A DNA stretch of 63,573 bases, filler included, from Octopus bimaculoides (taxonomy: Eukaryota), in the NCBI RefSeq assembly GCF_001194135.2. It is 8 parts of 7 records of this genome, joined end to end, with 100 filler letters (N's around TTAATTAATTAA, not from the genome) between each part and the next. Parts side by side here need not be neighbours in the genome. Positions count along the whole stretch, not along the records: positions 1 to 18,875 come from NC_068989.1; 7 more parts are not named here. The stretch is one strand, 5' to 3'. The notes under the pieces were generated by a model. That model worked only from the letters and a program-made list of their open reading frames with translations, was not told the DNA's origin and made no database searches. How positions within the stretch are numbered: position 1 is the first letter of the stretch; each line of letters begins with the position of its first letter. The position numbers and the translations under genes were made by a program. Below, piece by piece: positions 1-12,683 of the stretch.

Positions 1-240
1 TATGGTGCTGCTACACCAGTCATTGGGTATGACTCCTTCGTGTAACACCTGGTTCGTAATACGGGTGACTAGGCTGTAGCCAACACTGCCAGATATTTTG
101 AGCATCTCTGCAGTGATTCCTGATGGGCCGGGGGCTTTCTCTGTCTTCATACTCCTAATTGCTTTATCTACCCTGGTACTATCAACTCGGATAGCTGGTC
201 CCTCTGTTGGGTCGACATACGGCAGGCTCTCTTTCTCCCA
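1..240 (-). mobile_element. RTE-clade LINE ORF fragment (pre-RT region)
   Basis: Reverse complement matches the plus-strand copy near 57400-57650, which translates as KAPGPSGITAEMLK...IPNDWCSSIIVNCYKGKGDALD, typical of RTE/LINE RT N-terminal motifs. Confidence 0.85.
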
Positions 241-498
241 GGTAATTAAATTGATAAAACCAGTTTACATATTTCTTTTGCATTCTCTTTTATTATGTTT
301 TTATAATTGTCATTTTCCTTGTAACTGCACCTTGTCTGTTTTAAAACCCATAAAAAATGATTTGGCGGGGCTGGAACGGATTAATTATATTTTAACTAAT
401 TTCAATGGGGAAAACTGATTTGTAAAACGAGTAAATCATAAGGCAAGCTCAGTCATGGAATGAATTAAGCTCATACTGCGAGGTATCACTGCATATAT

Positions 499-790
499 AT
501 CATCATCATTTAACCTCTACTTTCTATGCTGGCATGCTTTGAATGGTTTGACAGGAGCTGGCAAGGCCAGGAGCCGCACCATGTTACATAGACTGTTTTG
601 GCATGGTTTCTATGGTTGGATGCCCTTCTTAACACCAATCATTTACAGAGTGTAACGGGTGCCTTTTGAGCAGCACCATCACCAGTACCTTCTACATGGC
701 ACTATCACCAGTGCTTTTTACGTGGCACCAGCATCGAGAAGATCACCAAGTACTTTGCAAGACAAAAACCCCTCAACAGAGAGTGGGGGG
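499..790 (-). mobile_element. LINE (probably RTE) 3' tail / SINE-like repeat ending in (GAT)n
   Basis: (CAT)n followed by TTTAAC..TTTCTATGCTGGCATG, the same motif as at 56297-56726 and, reversed, at 4228-4705 and 55405-55612. Confidence 0.65.
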
Positions 791-1105
791 AGTAGTATTG
801 AGGGGGATGGCCTTGGGCCAGTTGAGATCTATATGTATGTGTGTGTATGTGTCTTTATGCCTGTCTGTCCACCCTACCACCGCAGTAGGTGCAGGTTTGT
901 TTACATTCCCCAATTTTAACAGTTCAGCAAAAGAGACTGACATAATAAGTACTATATTTAAAAAAAATATGTACTGAGGTCAATCTTTTCACCTAAAACC
1001 CTTCAAGGCAATGCCCCAGCATGGGGCCACTGTGCAATAACTGAAACAAGTAAAGGACAAAAGATAAAAATACATATGGAAATTGCAATGCATTTTGAAA
1101 CTTAC

Positions 1106-1188
1106 CCTTCACAGATTTTTCGCACTCTTGACTTAAGTTGATCTCCTTGGAAAAATACAATAAACACAGACTTGTACACATGATCTCC
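1106..1188 (-). CDS. ATP6V0A1: V-type proton ATPase V0 subunit a, internal exon (GDHVYKSVFIVFFQGDQLKSRVRKICEG)
   Basis: Acceptor ttttttatag|GGA at 1189/1188 and donor GAAGG|gtaagt at 1106/1105; 83 nt, phase 0 to 2. The peptide matches the conserved V0a segment KSVFIIFFQGDQLKxRVxKICEG. Confidence 0.97.
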
Positions 1189-1437
1189 CTATAAAAAAAC
1201 AATCAAAATATCAAGAGTATAAAAATATATATTTTAAACAGTCCACAATAAAATAGGGAAATAATATAATTTATGATTACTTTTATATAATCTTTTAACA
1301 CAGTTTACTGTACAATTTTTTAATAAAAACCAGAGCAGCTCAAAATTAAACTTTGAAGTTTCAAGTATGAAGTTAAATTTTTGTTATCTGGGATTTAAAT
1401 TTAACTTCACATGCATATATATATATATATATATATA

Positions 1438-1770
1438 GGCACAAGTATGGCGATGTGGTTAAGAAGTTCATTTTCAAACCACATAGTTTTGGACTCAGTC
1501 TCACTGCATGGCACCTTGGACAAGCTTTTTCTGCTATGGTCTTAGGTCAACTACAGGTTTGTCAGCTGAAACTAAAAGAGGATTGTCATGTGTGTGTGTG
1601 TGTGCATGCGCGTGCATGTGTGAGCAAATTTGTATTTCCTTTTGTCTTTACATATGTTGGCTGGTTGTAAACAATGACCTCTCTGTTCATGCTGACCATT
1701 CATTTGCAATCCACAAGCAAAAATATGTCTAGTTGGTCTTCTTGATATGCCTTGACGTAACACAATCTTT
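1438..1770 (+). mobile_element. Diverged tRNA-derived SINE (main family)
   Basis: Head ...ATGTGGTTAAGAAG...CACCTTGGACAAG with internal (TG)n; homologous to the cleaner copies at 44233 and 54121. Confidence 0.7.
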
Positions 1771-2387
1771 GTAAACCAAAGGCTCATTCAAACAGTGTTG
1801 TCTTTTTCCATTTCTCTGCACAGCTACCTCCAGGCTGTTTTTTTCTTCAATATATTAGGAGGTTGCTTAAAAACAGGTGGGAGTTGTCCATTAAAAAATC
1901 TGTTCAACATCAAAAGAATATAATTTGCTTGCTTGTATTAAAGATAAAACCTCGTCCACTTGGCTGTTTGGTCTCTGCATCAGTACAGGTTTTGTTGTGT
2001 GTTTTTAAGAAATTCACTTCACAATCATGTGGTTCTGAGTTTGATTTCACATTGGGTCACTATAACCTTGCATTGACTCAAGTCTTTTAAGTGAAAGTGG
2101 ATAGCTGGAAACTATATAGACCCCACCTGTTAAGTTGTGATTTCTACTTTGCTCATCACTTATATATGCTCTGCACATCCTTTCACTTCTGATTATGCTA
2201 TAAAAAAAAAAGGCCAGTTTCCATGTTCAAAAGAACCTTTTTGTCAGCTGTGACAATCATGTCTTCTTTTTTTTTTCAGACTAGAATTACATTACCAATG
2301 TGCTCTTCTATTTTTAACATAGTAAGGTGCGATTTTGAGAGAACTTGCTTTCTATCTCTAGCAAGATGAATGACAAACTATCTAGAG

Positions 2388-3232
2388 CAGTGATTATCAA
2401 CTGGAGTCCACATAAGACTTTTGGGGGCCCATGCAAGAAAAATAGTAAATTGAGGATCGACAATAGTACTTTAAGAGTTCATGAAAATATGTTACTTTGG
2501 ATGTATTTATTGCAAGAAACAGCTAGGTTTCTTTCTCTAACGTTTTACATACAGAGTGTCCCAAAAAGATGTACTCACTCTTTGATTTCCCAGTACTCAT
2601 GCATTTTGTGTTCAAGTAGATGTTTATTGATATACATACAATCCTAAAAAGTTAAATTAAATTCAGGAAAATAAATTGTTGTAGAAACGATTATTTATTG
2701 TCATTTAGAATTATTTAATGTCCTCTCTCATTCCTGCGTGTTCGCAAATGTTCAAACTGCCTTCCTTCATTCTCCAAAGCTGATAACGTCCAACAATGGA
2801 TTCGACAACATTGCCAAACATTTCATTTGGAATTGCAAGACATTGTATTCGAATTTCATTTTTCAAATCATCACTGGTTTTGCAGCGGAAACCTTATCTT
2901 TGAGATGTCCCAATAAAAAAAATGTCTGTGGAATGTGCAGGAAATTCAACGCTACCTCTGCTCCCAATCCATTTGTTTGGATTTGTTGCATTGAGGTAAG
3001 CCTGTACATCACAAAAAACAATATATTAGTAATCGTCTGTCAAAGAGTGAGTACATCTTTTTGGGATACCCTGTAGTTCAATCTATACAACTTAATGAGT
3101 GAAAAATAAAATAGGAATTTTGAAAGAAGGATCTATAAAACTAGTTTCTAAACATCAAATGGCTATGGAGGTCCACCAGAATGGAATAGTAATCAAAGGG
3201 GTCCATAGACAAAATCTGTTTAAGAACCACTA
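2388..3232. mobile_element. Old hAT/Charlie-like MITE carrying a nested Tc1/mariner insertion
   Basis: Left end CAGTGATTATCAAC and right end GTTTAAGAACCACTA resemble CAGTGGTTCTCAA-type TIRs. Flanking 8-mers ATCTAGAG and GGCTATAT are a degenerate NTCTAGAN-type target. Confidence 0.55.
2552..3073 (-). mobile_element. Non-autonomous Tc1/mariner deletion derivative (522 bp)
   Basis: 34-bp TIRs (2552-2585 CAGAGTGTCCCAAAAAGATGTACTCACTCTTTGA and 3040-3073, 2 mismatches) flanked by TA on both sides. The minus strand retains a transposase C-terminal remnant (PNKWIGSRGSVEFPAHS..., then frameshifted WGHLKDKV-like). Confidence 0.9.
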
Positions 3233-4227
3233 GGCTATATTATTGGCAGATGCTTTACCAATGTATAATGAGATAAAAAGTATTTACTTTGATACTTCAC
3301 AAAATAAATAAAAGTAAGAAGAGATTTTATGCATGGATACTTAAAATACTCTTTTATAATATAACTGTGTCAGTTTTAATAGACAGTCTTCATCAATACA
3401 CTTACTAGACAATTCTAAAATTACACATGTCACTTTATAAGATATCTTACTGCTTACACTCAACTTTAACTTATTGTGTAGCCAATCTCACTGTTGCCAA
3501 TGAGAAATCAACTACAAAGCTTGTATACAGTCTCTAGATCCGCCAGAAATAGCACACAAATCTACAGGTCACCTCCTACTGTGTTAAAAAGGAAGGATAC
3601 AATAGACAAAGGTAGTCCAACATAATAGTATGCATGAAAATAAGATTAGATGGTCATGGCTACAAAACCTTTGATCACATTAGAGTTAACTTGGGACCAA
3701 ACGACAATAATTCTAGCCATGTTTCTTTTTCTAAGATGAGCAGCATTATTACATGCAGTTTCTATTGTGTGAAATATACTCTTCTACGGAATTCCTACTT
3801 CTTCCAACTCTTTATCACCATTCTTCTGTGGATGAAGAATATTGTTCTTCTTCCTTCCACAACGATAGAACACAACTTCAAAATATTTCACATTCAAAAA
3901 ATATATAAATATTGTAAATAGAGACTTAACAAACTGTATATAAATATGGTCAATGGTCTACATTCTGAACAAATGCCATGGAATTTTTATTTGGCCCAAA
4001 AGAAAAAAAGTTTTTCTCCAAATAAATTGTAACTAATATTGCATACCAAGACCTTTGGAAATATGCTGTAATTGAGAAGACCTGGAAACTAAAGTGAGAT
4101 TGTAGCCATGGCTGATGTCAATGTTGCAGGTCTGGCCCATTTAAGAGTACCCTTCATGCATTGGGCAATATGATATGCTTGAGAAGACCTGTTGAGTCAA
4201 GTAAAACCAAAATCGTAGCTGTGGTCA

Positions 4228-4705
4228 GTGCCCCCTGACTGGCTCCTGTTCCAGTGGCACATAAAATGCATCATCTGAACGTGGTCAATGCCAGTGTCCC
4301 CTAAATGGCTCCCGTGCTGGTGGCACGTAAAACACACCATCCGAACATGACTGATGCCAGTACCCCTAACTGGCTCCCGTGCCAGTGGTACATAAAAAGC
4401 ACTATCCAAACATGATTAATGCCACGACCATCTAACTGATCCTCATGCCAGTGGCATGTAAAATACACCATCCGAATGTGGCCGATGCCAGTACCCCCTA
4501 CTGGCACCTGTGCCGGTGGCACATAAAAAGCACCCACTACATTCTCGGAGTGGTTGGTGTTAAGAAGGGCAAGCAACTGTAGAAACATTGCCAGATCAGA
4601 TTGGAACCTGGTGCAGCCACTGGCTCTCCAGACCTCAGTCAAATCGTCCAACCCATGCCAGCATAGAAAACGGATGATAAACAATGATGATGATGATGAT
4701 GATGA
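4228..4705 (+). mobile_element. LINE (probably RTE) 3' UTR with five ~65-bp subrepeats and a (GAT)n tail
   Basis: Units of the form GCCAGTACCCCTAACTGGCTCCCGTGCCAGTGGCACATAAAAAGCAC..., then CTCGGAGTGGTTGG...CCCATGCCAGCATAGAAAACGGA and (GAT)n. Confidence 0.75.
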
Positions 4706-4772
4706 TTGTTAGTCATTATCCAAAAAATTTGCCAGCAATTGAAAATGCTGTAAGACATATTGAAATACTTAC

Positions 4773-4899
4773 AGTGACAGGATCTTCCAAAGGTGGCTCT
4801 ATTTCTGCTTGTTTTAGGAAAACATTACCTCGGCAAACTCTCCATAACATTCGTTCAAAGGCTGGGATACGTTCACGATGAATAACACCAGCCAAGAAC
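4773..4899 (-). CDS. ATP6V0A1: V-type proton ATPase V0 subunit a, internal exon (G|[42 protein letters not shown])
   Basis: Acceptor gcatttattcag|G at 4900/4899 and donor GTCACT|gtaagt at 4773/4772; 127 nt, phase 2 to 0. Contains the hallmark V0a motif [15 protein letters not shown]. Confidence 0.98.
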
Positions 4900-5559
4900 C
4901 TGAATAAATGCATATACAACAGTTACAATTATCAAATGCCACCATAAAAAAAAAGCTTAAATGGTAATAATTTAGTAAAGTTTAAATTATTTATTTACAT
5001 AATAATAAATATTCCTTTTCTTTATAAAATAAAGATTATAAATCAAATATTTATTGTCTATTAACTAATTTTTCATTTAATTCTTAATAGAAATATATAT
5101 TCACAATCAAATCCTATAGCAGCAAAATTTCGGTTACAAATGGAATGTGATTTTAGAAGTCAACTGTATGTTACACTTAGACCAGGGTATCTTGCAATAA
5201 AACCCAACTGTGGACTGTTATCTGTCATTTAAAACTTGTTGATCACCAAACTTAAGACAAATATTTGCCATTTAAGTAAATCTGTGCAATCCCTTCACAA
5301 ACAGTATGAGGATATCTCATTCTATTCAGATATGTAGGAGAGGAATTTAGATAAGCAAATCAACTCCAGTATATGTCTAGTTGTTGACCCCAGCAGGAAT
5401 TCAGACATATAACATCAAGAGAAACAAAATGTAAATACTGTAATATATTTAATGAAATCTCTACCAATTCTACTTCCTAATGCAGAATATTTTTCTCCTA
5501 CTTCCCACAGATAATCAGTTAATCAATTGAAATTAAACTTAATCTAAATCTATCGTAAA

Positions 5560-6464
5560 GTAAAGAATAAAAAGTTTTGAATGGTACAACAATGCACTAT
5601 AATACAAAAAATGGACTATATACCTGTTGTAATTTAGTTATCTATAGTCTGATGGTATTTTGGAATACAATTCCTTCTTCAGATATTCTTAGATGGAGTT
5701 TCTGCTATAAACTGTTTTCCAATGGCTTTTCTTTTTTTTCGGAAGCATCTCAGTAGTGGTCTCATGAAGCTCCTTCCGGAATTCCTCATGAGAAGTGCGT
5801 GAGGTCGGCTATGTTTCAATCTCATGAGTTGGTACATCTGTAGTGCTGCTTCTAAGTTATGTGTTATACGTGCAGCTTCTCTTTTTTCTCCCTCTTTTAT
5901 TTTTTGTTATAAACAATACATGGGCATGTTATTAAGAATGAACCTACACACATCCAGATGTAGCTAAATAATATATTGATACTCATACACAGACTAGGAC
6001 CCCAAATTAATAACAGGCTGGAGGTTGGTAATCAATATATTATTTAGCTACATCTGGATGTGTGTAGGCTCATTCTTAATAACATGCCCATGTATTGTTT
6101 TAACAAAAGAAAAGAGAAGGGCAAAAAAGGAGAAAAAAAAGAGAAGCTGCACGTATAACACATAACTTAGAAACAGCACCACAGATGTACCAACACACAC
6201 GAGATTGAAACATAGCAGACCTCACGCACTTCTCATGAGGAATTCCGGAAGAAGCTTCGTGAGACCACTACTGAGATGCTTCCGAAAAAAAAGAAAAGCC
6301 ATTGGAAAACAGTTTATAGCAGAAACTCCATCTAAGAATATCTGAAGAAGGAATTGTATTCCGAAATATCATCGGACTATAGATAACTAAATCACAACAG
6401 GTATATAGGCCACTTTTTGTATTATAGTGCATTGTTGACCCATTCAAAATTTTTTATTCTTTAC
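5560..6464. repeat. Long inverted repeat (arms 5560-5980 and 6031-6464, ~50-bp spacer), probably Penelope pseudo-LTR-derived
   Basis: Arms are reverse complements, roughly 90-95% identical by eye, with one indel in an A-rich tract. The right arm contains CTGAAGAAGGAATTGTATTCCGAAA, a hammerhead-core-like motif characteristic of Penelope pLTRs. Confidence 0.9.
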
Positions 6465-9400
6465 AAACAATACACAATGCTTCAAGCTAACTACAATACT
6501 CTCCTATCTTAAAGTAAATTCAATTTCAAAAGATTCTGCTGTTTCCCCAAACACACAAACAGCTTCTTATATTTCATAAAATCTACACATATTGGTTTCT
6601 TTCTAAATGCACTAGGTACATATTGTAAGAGTTGAAATAAATCTGATTGCTAACTAATATATTATAGGTATTTACTATCTATTTTATAGATCCTAAAATG
6701 ATGACAAACAGTCAAAACAAAAGATCTTTGATATAATTCCACATTAAACATGCAAAATTTTCCAGGATCTCATCTAAGAAAAAAACCCCAGCAAACTTAG
6801 TTTTATGAATTATTTGAATGCTAAGTCTAGTCTATTTTATTTCATCCAAGGAAAGAAAAGTAAAGGAAGATAATGTTAGTCTTTCTTGTGATGCCTATTT
6901 CATTTCTTTATTTTGCTAAGGAAACATATTTATCAGTAGCAATTATAAATAGTGAGATATGAACTGATTCTATTTCCAAACAACATGACTAAATTAATTA
7001 AAAACCAAACTAGCCAGTAAGTTATAATTTATATACTGAAATAATTGTTCTATGTAGCTTCAGATAAAGTTTCCATTGACAGACATGCAGATCAAAAACT
7101 GGCCTTTATAGACCATGTTTAGAAAACCATTGTTATATTATTGTATACACTGTTTCACAATTATAAGAAAGTAGTTACCAACAAAAAAAAACAAAAAACC
7201 ACTTAAGATATTTTAATACACAACTAAACAATGCCTTTTATAAAAAGATACCTATGTAAAATTTTATCATTTATGCAAAATAACATGTTTGTGAACCATT
7301 GTTGTATAGAATCACTTTATGTTAAATGTAATATGTTCATAAATATTTAACCTGTCAAAGCAAAGCTATGTTGTCAAGGACAAAATATTGAATATTGTGA
7401 CAGAATACCAGATTAATATCAACATAGATTATTTAGAACACTATCAAGATGTTCATCTTAAAAAAAAGGGTAAGAAGTGATTCTGATTGAAAACTGCAAG
7501 TCTGTGAAGTGACTATGTAGCAGCAATAAATAATGAAGGAGTTGGTTTCAATATCATAAACAATATCAATAAATGCCTGACATTAATTTACTTAATCAAA
7601 TCATTAATTAATCTTATTTTAAGGTGCCACTGGAGACATCTAGCTAGAGAAACCATGTCAGAAAGTGGCATGACGTGGACTTTGCAAATCACATCAGAAT
7701 AAATGTGGGCGGTAACTTTAAGAACAGATACAGGAGTAGAAGGGACTCTTTAGTCCTCCTATACAGGGCAAGCTCTCAAGGGCTGGTGGCATGATAAAAT
7801 ACATGGCGATGATGATGTTGACAACAATCATGACGATAACAATGTAGACAATGATGATGACTATAATGATGATAATGATGATGACCACAGTAACTGGATC
7901 TCACCATATTATGGTTATTTCATACTCGAAAACATTGGAAATAATAAAACCCATCTCTTTAGTAGCCATTAATCCAGATTAAAAGATAATTAAACTAACA
8001 CAATGTTTCTTAGATTAAAAATAAAGAAACATTGTTTTAGGCCACTATACATTCAATGCTTGTAACAACATAATTCATGAAGTATTTATATCTCAAAACT
8101 GATTGTCCCTATTGCTAAAAGTTGCACATTAATCTATAATAATTAAAGAAAAAAACAGGATTTTCTATTATTTTTTTTGTTTTCCACATTTTTAATGAAG
8201 TCATACAATGTGATAGTGAACAGCATCATTATAGTAGTAAGATGACCCCAACAAAGTAATTTGGGACTGAAGACCAATGTGGGGCTGCAGATCACAACAT
8301 TCTGCGGATGTCATCTGCTGAAAAACATGCTCAGTGAAATGAATTTGTATAATTCCATAAAGTGGAAAAAATAAATGGAAGGAAAAAAGTTGGTAAATAT
8401 TTTGGTGAGAATGCAGATAGTTGTTATGTAGTAGCAGGGCATGCTAGAAATAGCAGCCAAATCTTTCCTTTTCTAGAAAAAGGAGCTGTTTACATGTGAT
8501 TTCAATGTCACGTTCATTGAAAGAATGCAAAATAACCTGGCTAAGGAAAAAAGACCTGTGAAACAAAACTCTTTTGGTGGGAAACTTCAAGGTTCCCACC
8601 ATCCCTCTCACCTTTCTTTCCCAGAGAAAAGTGACTTGCGGCACATTTGGAGGTCAGATACATTGAAAGCACCCCAAAAAAACTGTGGGAAAAAATCATT
8701 CCACACTGAGGTACAAAATATTTACCGAAAGAATAAAATCTTGTACCAATTATATCTGTATTTTAATTAACCCAAATTAATGTATCTCATCTTGAAAAGT
8801 GGCAAAACTTTTGTTGGTTGCCATCTGGGATAATTTTAGTAACAAATCAGACAGGTAAGCTGCATTAAGAATTTCAATTTTAGTGTTTATCCATAATGTT
8901 ATTGCTTTTACACCTGTTAAATTTACCTGCCCATAAAAGTTAAATTTACTCAGTAAGATCAGCTAAAATTATAAAACTATAAACCAGTGGTATATAAAGC
9001 ACCCACTGACAAAATTTTAAATCTGAATGTAAAAAATTTACAAAGTTACAAGCAAATATTGTGGGCACCCCTCTTGAACCCAAATAATTCAAAATAATGT
9101 GAACAAATAAGCATTATATTTGACAGATTAATATGAACACTGAGTGAGAAAGAAACGAAGAGGGAGATTTTGGGATGTGCTAGAAACAAGAGCCAGATCT
9201 CCCTTAGATCATATATTTTCATTAAAAAGTATCCATTTTTCTGGAAGTTATGAGGCAACAAAGTCAGTGGGGTATTAAACTGTATTATATCTTTTTTCAA
9301 TANNNNNNNNNNNNNNNNNNNNNNNNNNNNNNNNNNNNNNNNNNNNNNNNNNNNNNNNNNNNNNNNNNNNNNNNNNNNNNNNNNNNNNNNNNNNNNNNNN

Positions 9401-10742
9401 NNNNNNNNNNNNNNNNNNNNNNNNNNNNNNNNNNNNNNNNNNNNNNNNNNNNNNNNNNNNNNNNNNNNNNNNNNNNNNNNNNNNNNNNNNNNNNNNNNNN
9501 NNNNNNNNNNNNNNNNNNNNNNNNNNNNNNNNNNNNNNNNNNNNNNNNNNNNNNNNNNNNNNNNNNNNNNNNNNNNNNNNNNNNNNNNNNNNNNNNNNNN
9601 NNNNNNNNNNNNNNNNNNNNNNNNNNNNNNNNNNNNNNNNNNNNNNNNNNNNNNNNNNNNNNNNNNNNNNNNNAGAATTTCTAGGTAGTCTGTTTATGAG
9701 AACTATTCTATTGGACCTCTGTCTAATCACGTCTTTTAATGTATACACATACATAGAAAATGTGAGGTCATGGTAGAAAATTTTTATGATAGTTGATTTA
9801 TGGAAAAGATTATGTTAAATGTCTGAAATGCAAATCTGTGAATGAAAATTAAGTTCAAACCTCTACATGGTAGGCAGACCTGGTAGAAATTGCAGCCAAA
9901 TCTCCCTCAAAACACCCTACTGTATTAATGCGACAATTCTGCGTATTATGTAGTTTGGATGAGAAACTGTAAGGTGTGTGAGCAATTGGTTGTGTTAATG
10001 GCAGAAGAAAGGGGAATTGCATTACAAAAAGTTTTAATTGATGTTCTCAGAAAGTATGGTGGCTAGGAAAAAATAGAAGAGGCATTAAGAAGTTGACGTT
10101 AAGAATTGCTTTAACAGAAAATGAAACTAAGAATTAACGGGGAAATTGTATGTAAGAATTAATAGCAGATGTATCCAATTTAAGAAAAGTGAAGATAAAA
10201 GCTAAGTGAAGAAGTATGGAATAAGTAATTGTTATACGCAATACGCGATTGTTCTGCAAATTATATTGTATCGAACGGTCATACGGATGGGTTATGTAAG
10301 TAAGAATTACATTAATCCATTAATGTGCGAAACCTGGTCTACGATTAATTCTTTATTTTTGTATATTTTCATTTGTCTTGCCCGTTCATGTTCTGGTGTG
10401 CACTGAATTTCCCTGGAGAACATTCTTTTCGTTTGTGGTTTGACCATTGATGGTCAATTTCTAGCGTAAAGGATGTCTACTTAGTGGTCATCCCTTCTCA
10501 CATGTATGTAATATAATTTTTCTGAATTTTCAGAATTTTTTTTTATGCTAGGCCACTGGTTTTAAATTGGTGTTAATTAAATTGATATCCAATTTACCAC
10601 CCTTATTATTTAAATTTTATATGTATATATGCATATAGCTGCAAGGTATTTACAGTTATATATTAACGCTTAAATTAACATTTAATACATGTGCTTAATC
10701 TATCTATCTATCTATATATCTATCTATCTATCTATCTATCTA

Positions 10743-10781
<39 letters not shown>

Positions 10782-10892
10782 ATATATATATATATATATA
10801 ATTCTTTGTCTCTCTGTTTATCAGCTTGTAATCACTTCAGCAATAAGGTAGGTACATGATCATCTTTTCCTTACCAAATTTGATGTAGTTTT

Positions 10893-10932
<40 letters not shown>

Positions 10933-10943
10933 GNNNNNNNNNN

Positions 10944-10991
<48 letters not shown>

Positions 10992-11162
10992 ACTCTTTAC
11001 TCTTTTACTTGTTTCAGTCATTTTGACTGAGGTCATGCTGGAGCACCGCCTTTAGTCAAGCAAATCGACCCCAGGACTTATTCTTTGGAAGCCTGTTGGT
11101 CTCTTTTGACAAACAGCTAAGTTACGGGGACGTAAACACACCACCATCGGTTGTCAAGTGAT
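10992..11162 (-). mobile_element. tRNA-derived SINE (main family), 3' half
   Basis: TACTCTTTTACTTGTTTCAGTCATT...GGAGCACCGCCTTTAGTC...GGGGACGTAAACACACC is the reverse complement of the SINE tail. Confidence 0.85.
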
Positions 11163-11262
11163 NNNNNNNNNNNNNNNNNNNNNNNNNNNNNNNNNNNNNN
11201 NNNNNNNNNNNNNNNNNNNNNNNNNNNNNNNNNNNNNNNNNNNNNNNNNNNNNNNNNNNNNN

Positions 11263-11302
<40 letters not shown>

Positions 11303-11680
11303 CATACATATACATATATATACATGTACATATATATACATATACATCCATGTACATATACATATACATATATACACACATATACATACAAATATATATA
11401 TATATGTATATATGTACATTATTCATAGCTAATAGTGGTATATGCCTGAATTAGGGGGTTACAGGTTGTTTTAGTGGGAAAGAAATAATATGTAAATATA
11501 ATTAGTGTAATAATGGGTAAATAAAGAGATTAAATAGTAAATTACAATGAAGAAGAGTATCGTATGAATGAAGAGTATCATATGAAATACTCTAGTAGAT
11601 TGTTTATAAAATTGAGAAAAACCTATACAAAATTAATACACAAACATATATTAACGCTGGTCTAACATTCATCTTTTACT

Positions 11681-11754
<74 letters not shown>

Positions 11755-12648
11755 NNNNNNNNNNNNNNNNNNNNNNNNNNNNNNNNNNNNNNNNNNNNNN
11801 NNNNNNNNNNNNNNNNNNNNNNNNNNNNNNNNNNNNNNNNNNNNNNNNNNNNNNNNNNNNNNNNNNNNNNNNNNNNNNNNNNNNNNNNNNNNNNNNNNNN
11901 NNNNNNNNNNNNNNNNNNNNNNNNNNNNNNNNNNNNNNNNNNNNNNNNNNNNNNNNNNNNNNNNNNNNNNNNNNNNNNNNNNNNNNNNNNNNNNNNNNNN
12001 NNNNNNNNNNNNNNNNNNNNNNNNNNNNNNNNNNNNNNNNNNNNNNNNNNNNNNNNNNNNNNNNNNNNNNNNNNNNNNNNNNNNNNNNNNNNNNNNNNNN
12101 NNNNNNNNNNNNNNNNNNNNNNNNNNNNNNNNNNNNNNNNNNNNNNNNNNNNNNNNNNNNNNNNNNNNNNNNNNNNNNNNNNNNNNNNNNNNNNNNNNNN
12201 NNNNNNNNNNNNNNNNNNNNNNNNNNNNNNNNNNNNNNNNNNNNNNNNNNNNNNNNNNNNNNNNNNNNNNNNNNNNNNNNNNNNNNNNNNNNNNNNNNNN
12301 NNNNNNNNNNNNNNNNNNNNNNNNNNNNNNNNNNNNNNNNNNNNNNNNNNNNNNNNNNNNNNNNNNNNNNNNNNNNNNNNNNNNNNATATATAAATACAT
12401 ATACCCATATACATATAAGTACCCATATATATACAATATATATATATACCCATATATATATACACAAACAATACATACATATAGATATATATCCTCGCTT
12501 ATACATACATTCACATTTCATCCACTTTAAATGTATACACCTATATGAACATGTATATATATATATACATACACACTCAAAATATTATACACTCGTTTTT
12601 AGGGGCAAGCGTAACAAGCATGATAGTTCAGGGACTACTGTGTGTGTA

Positions 12649-12683
<35 letters not shown>

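Noticed and set aside
4228-4530. Regularly spaced ~65-bp units suggestive of a CRISPR array
   Set aside because: Units are similar along their whole length with no unique spacers, sit in a retroelement tail, and the context is eukaryotic with no cas genes.
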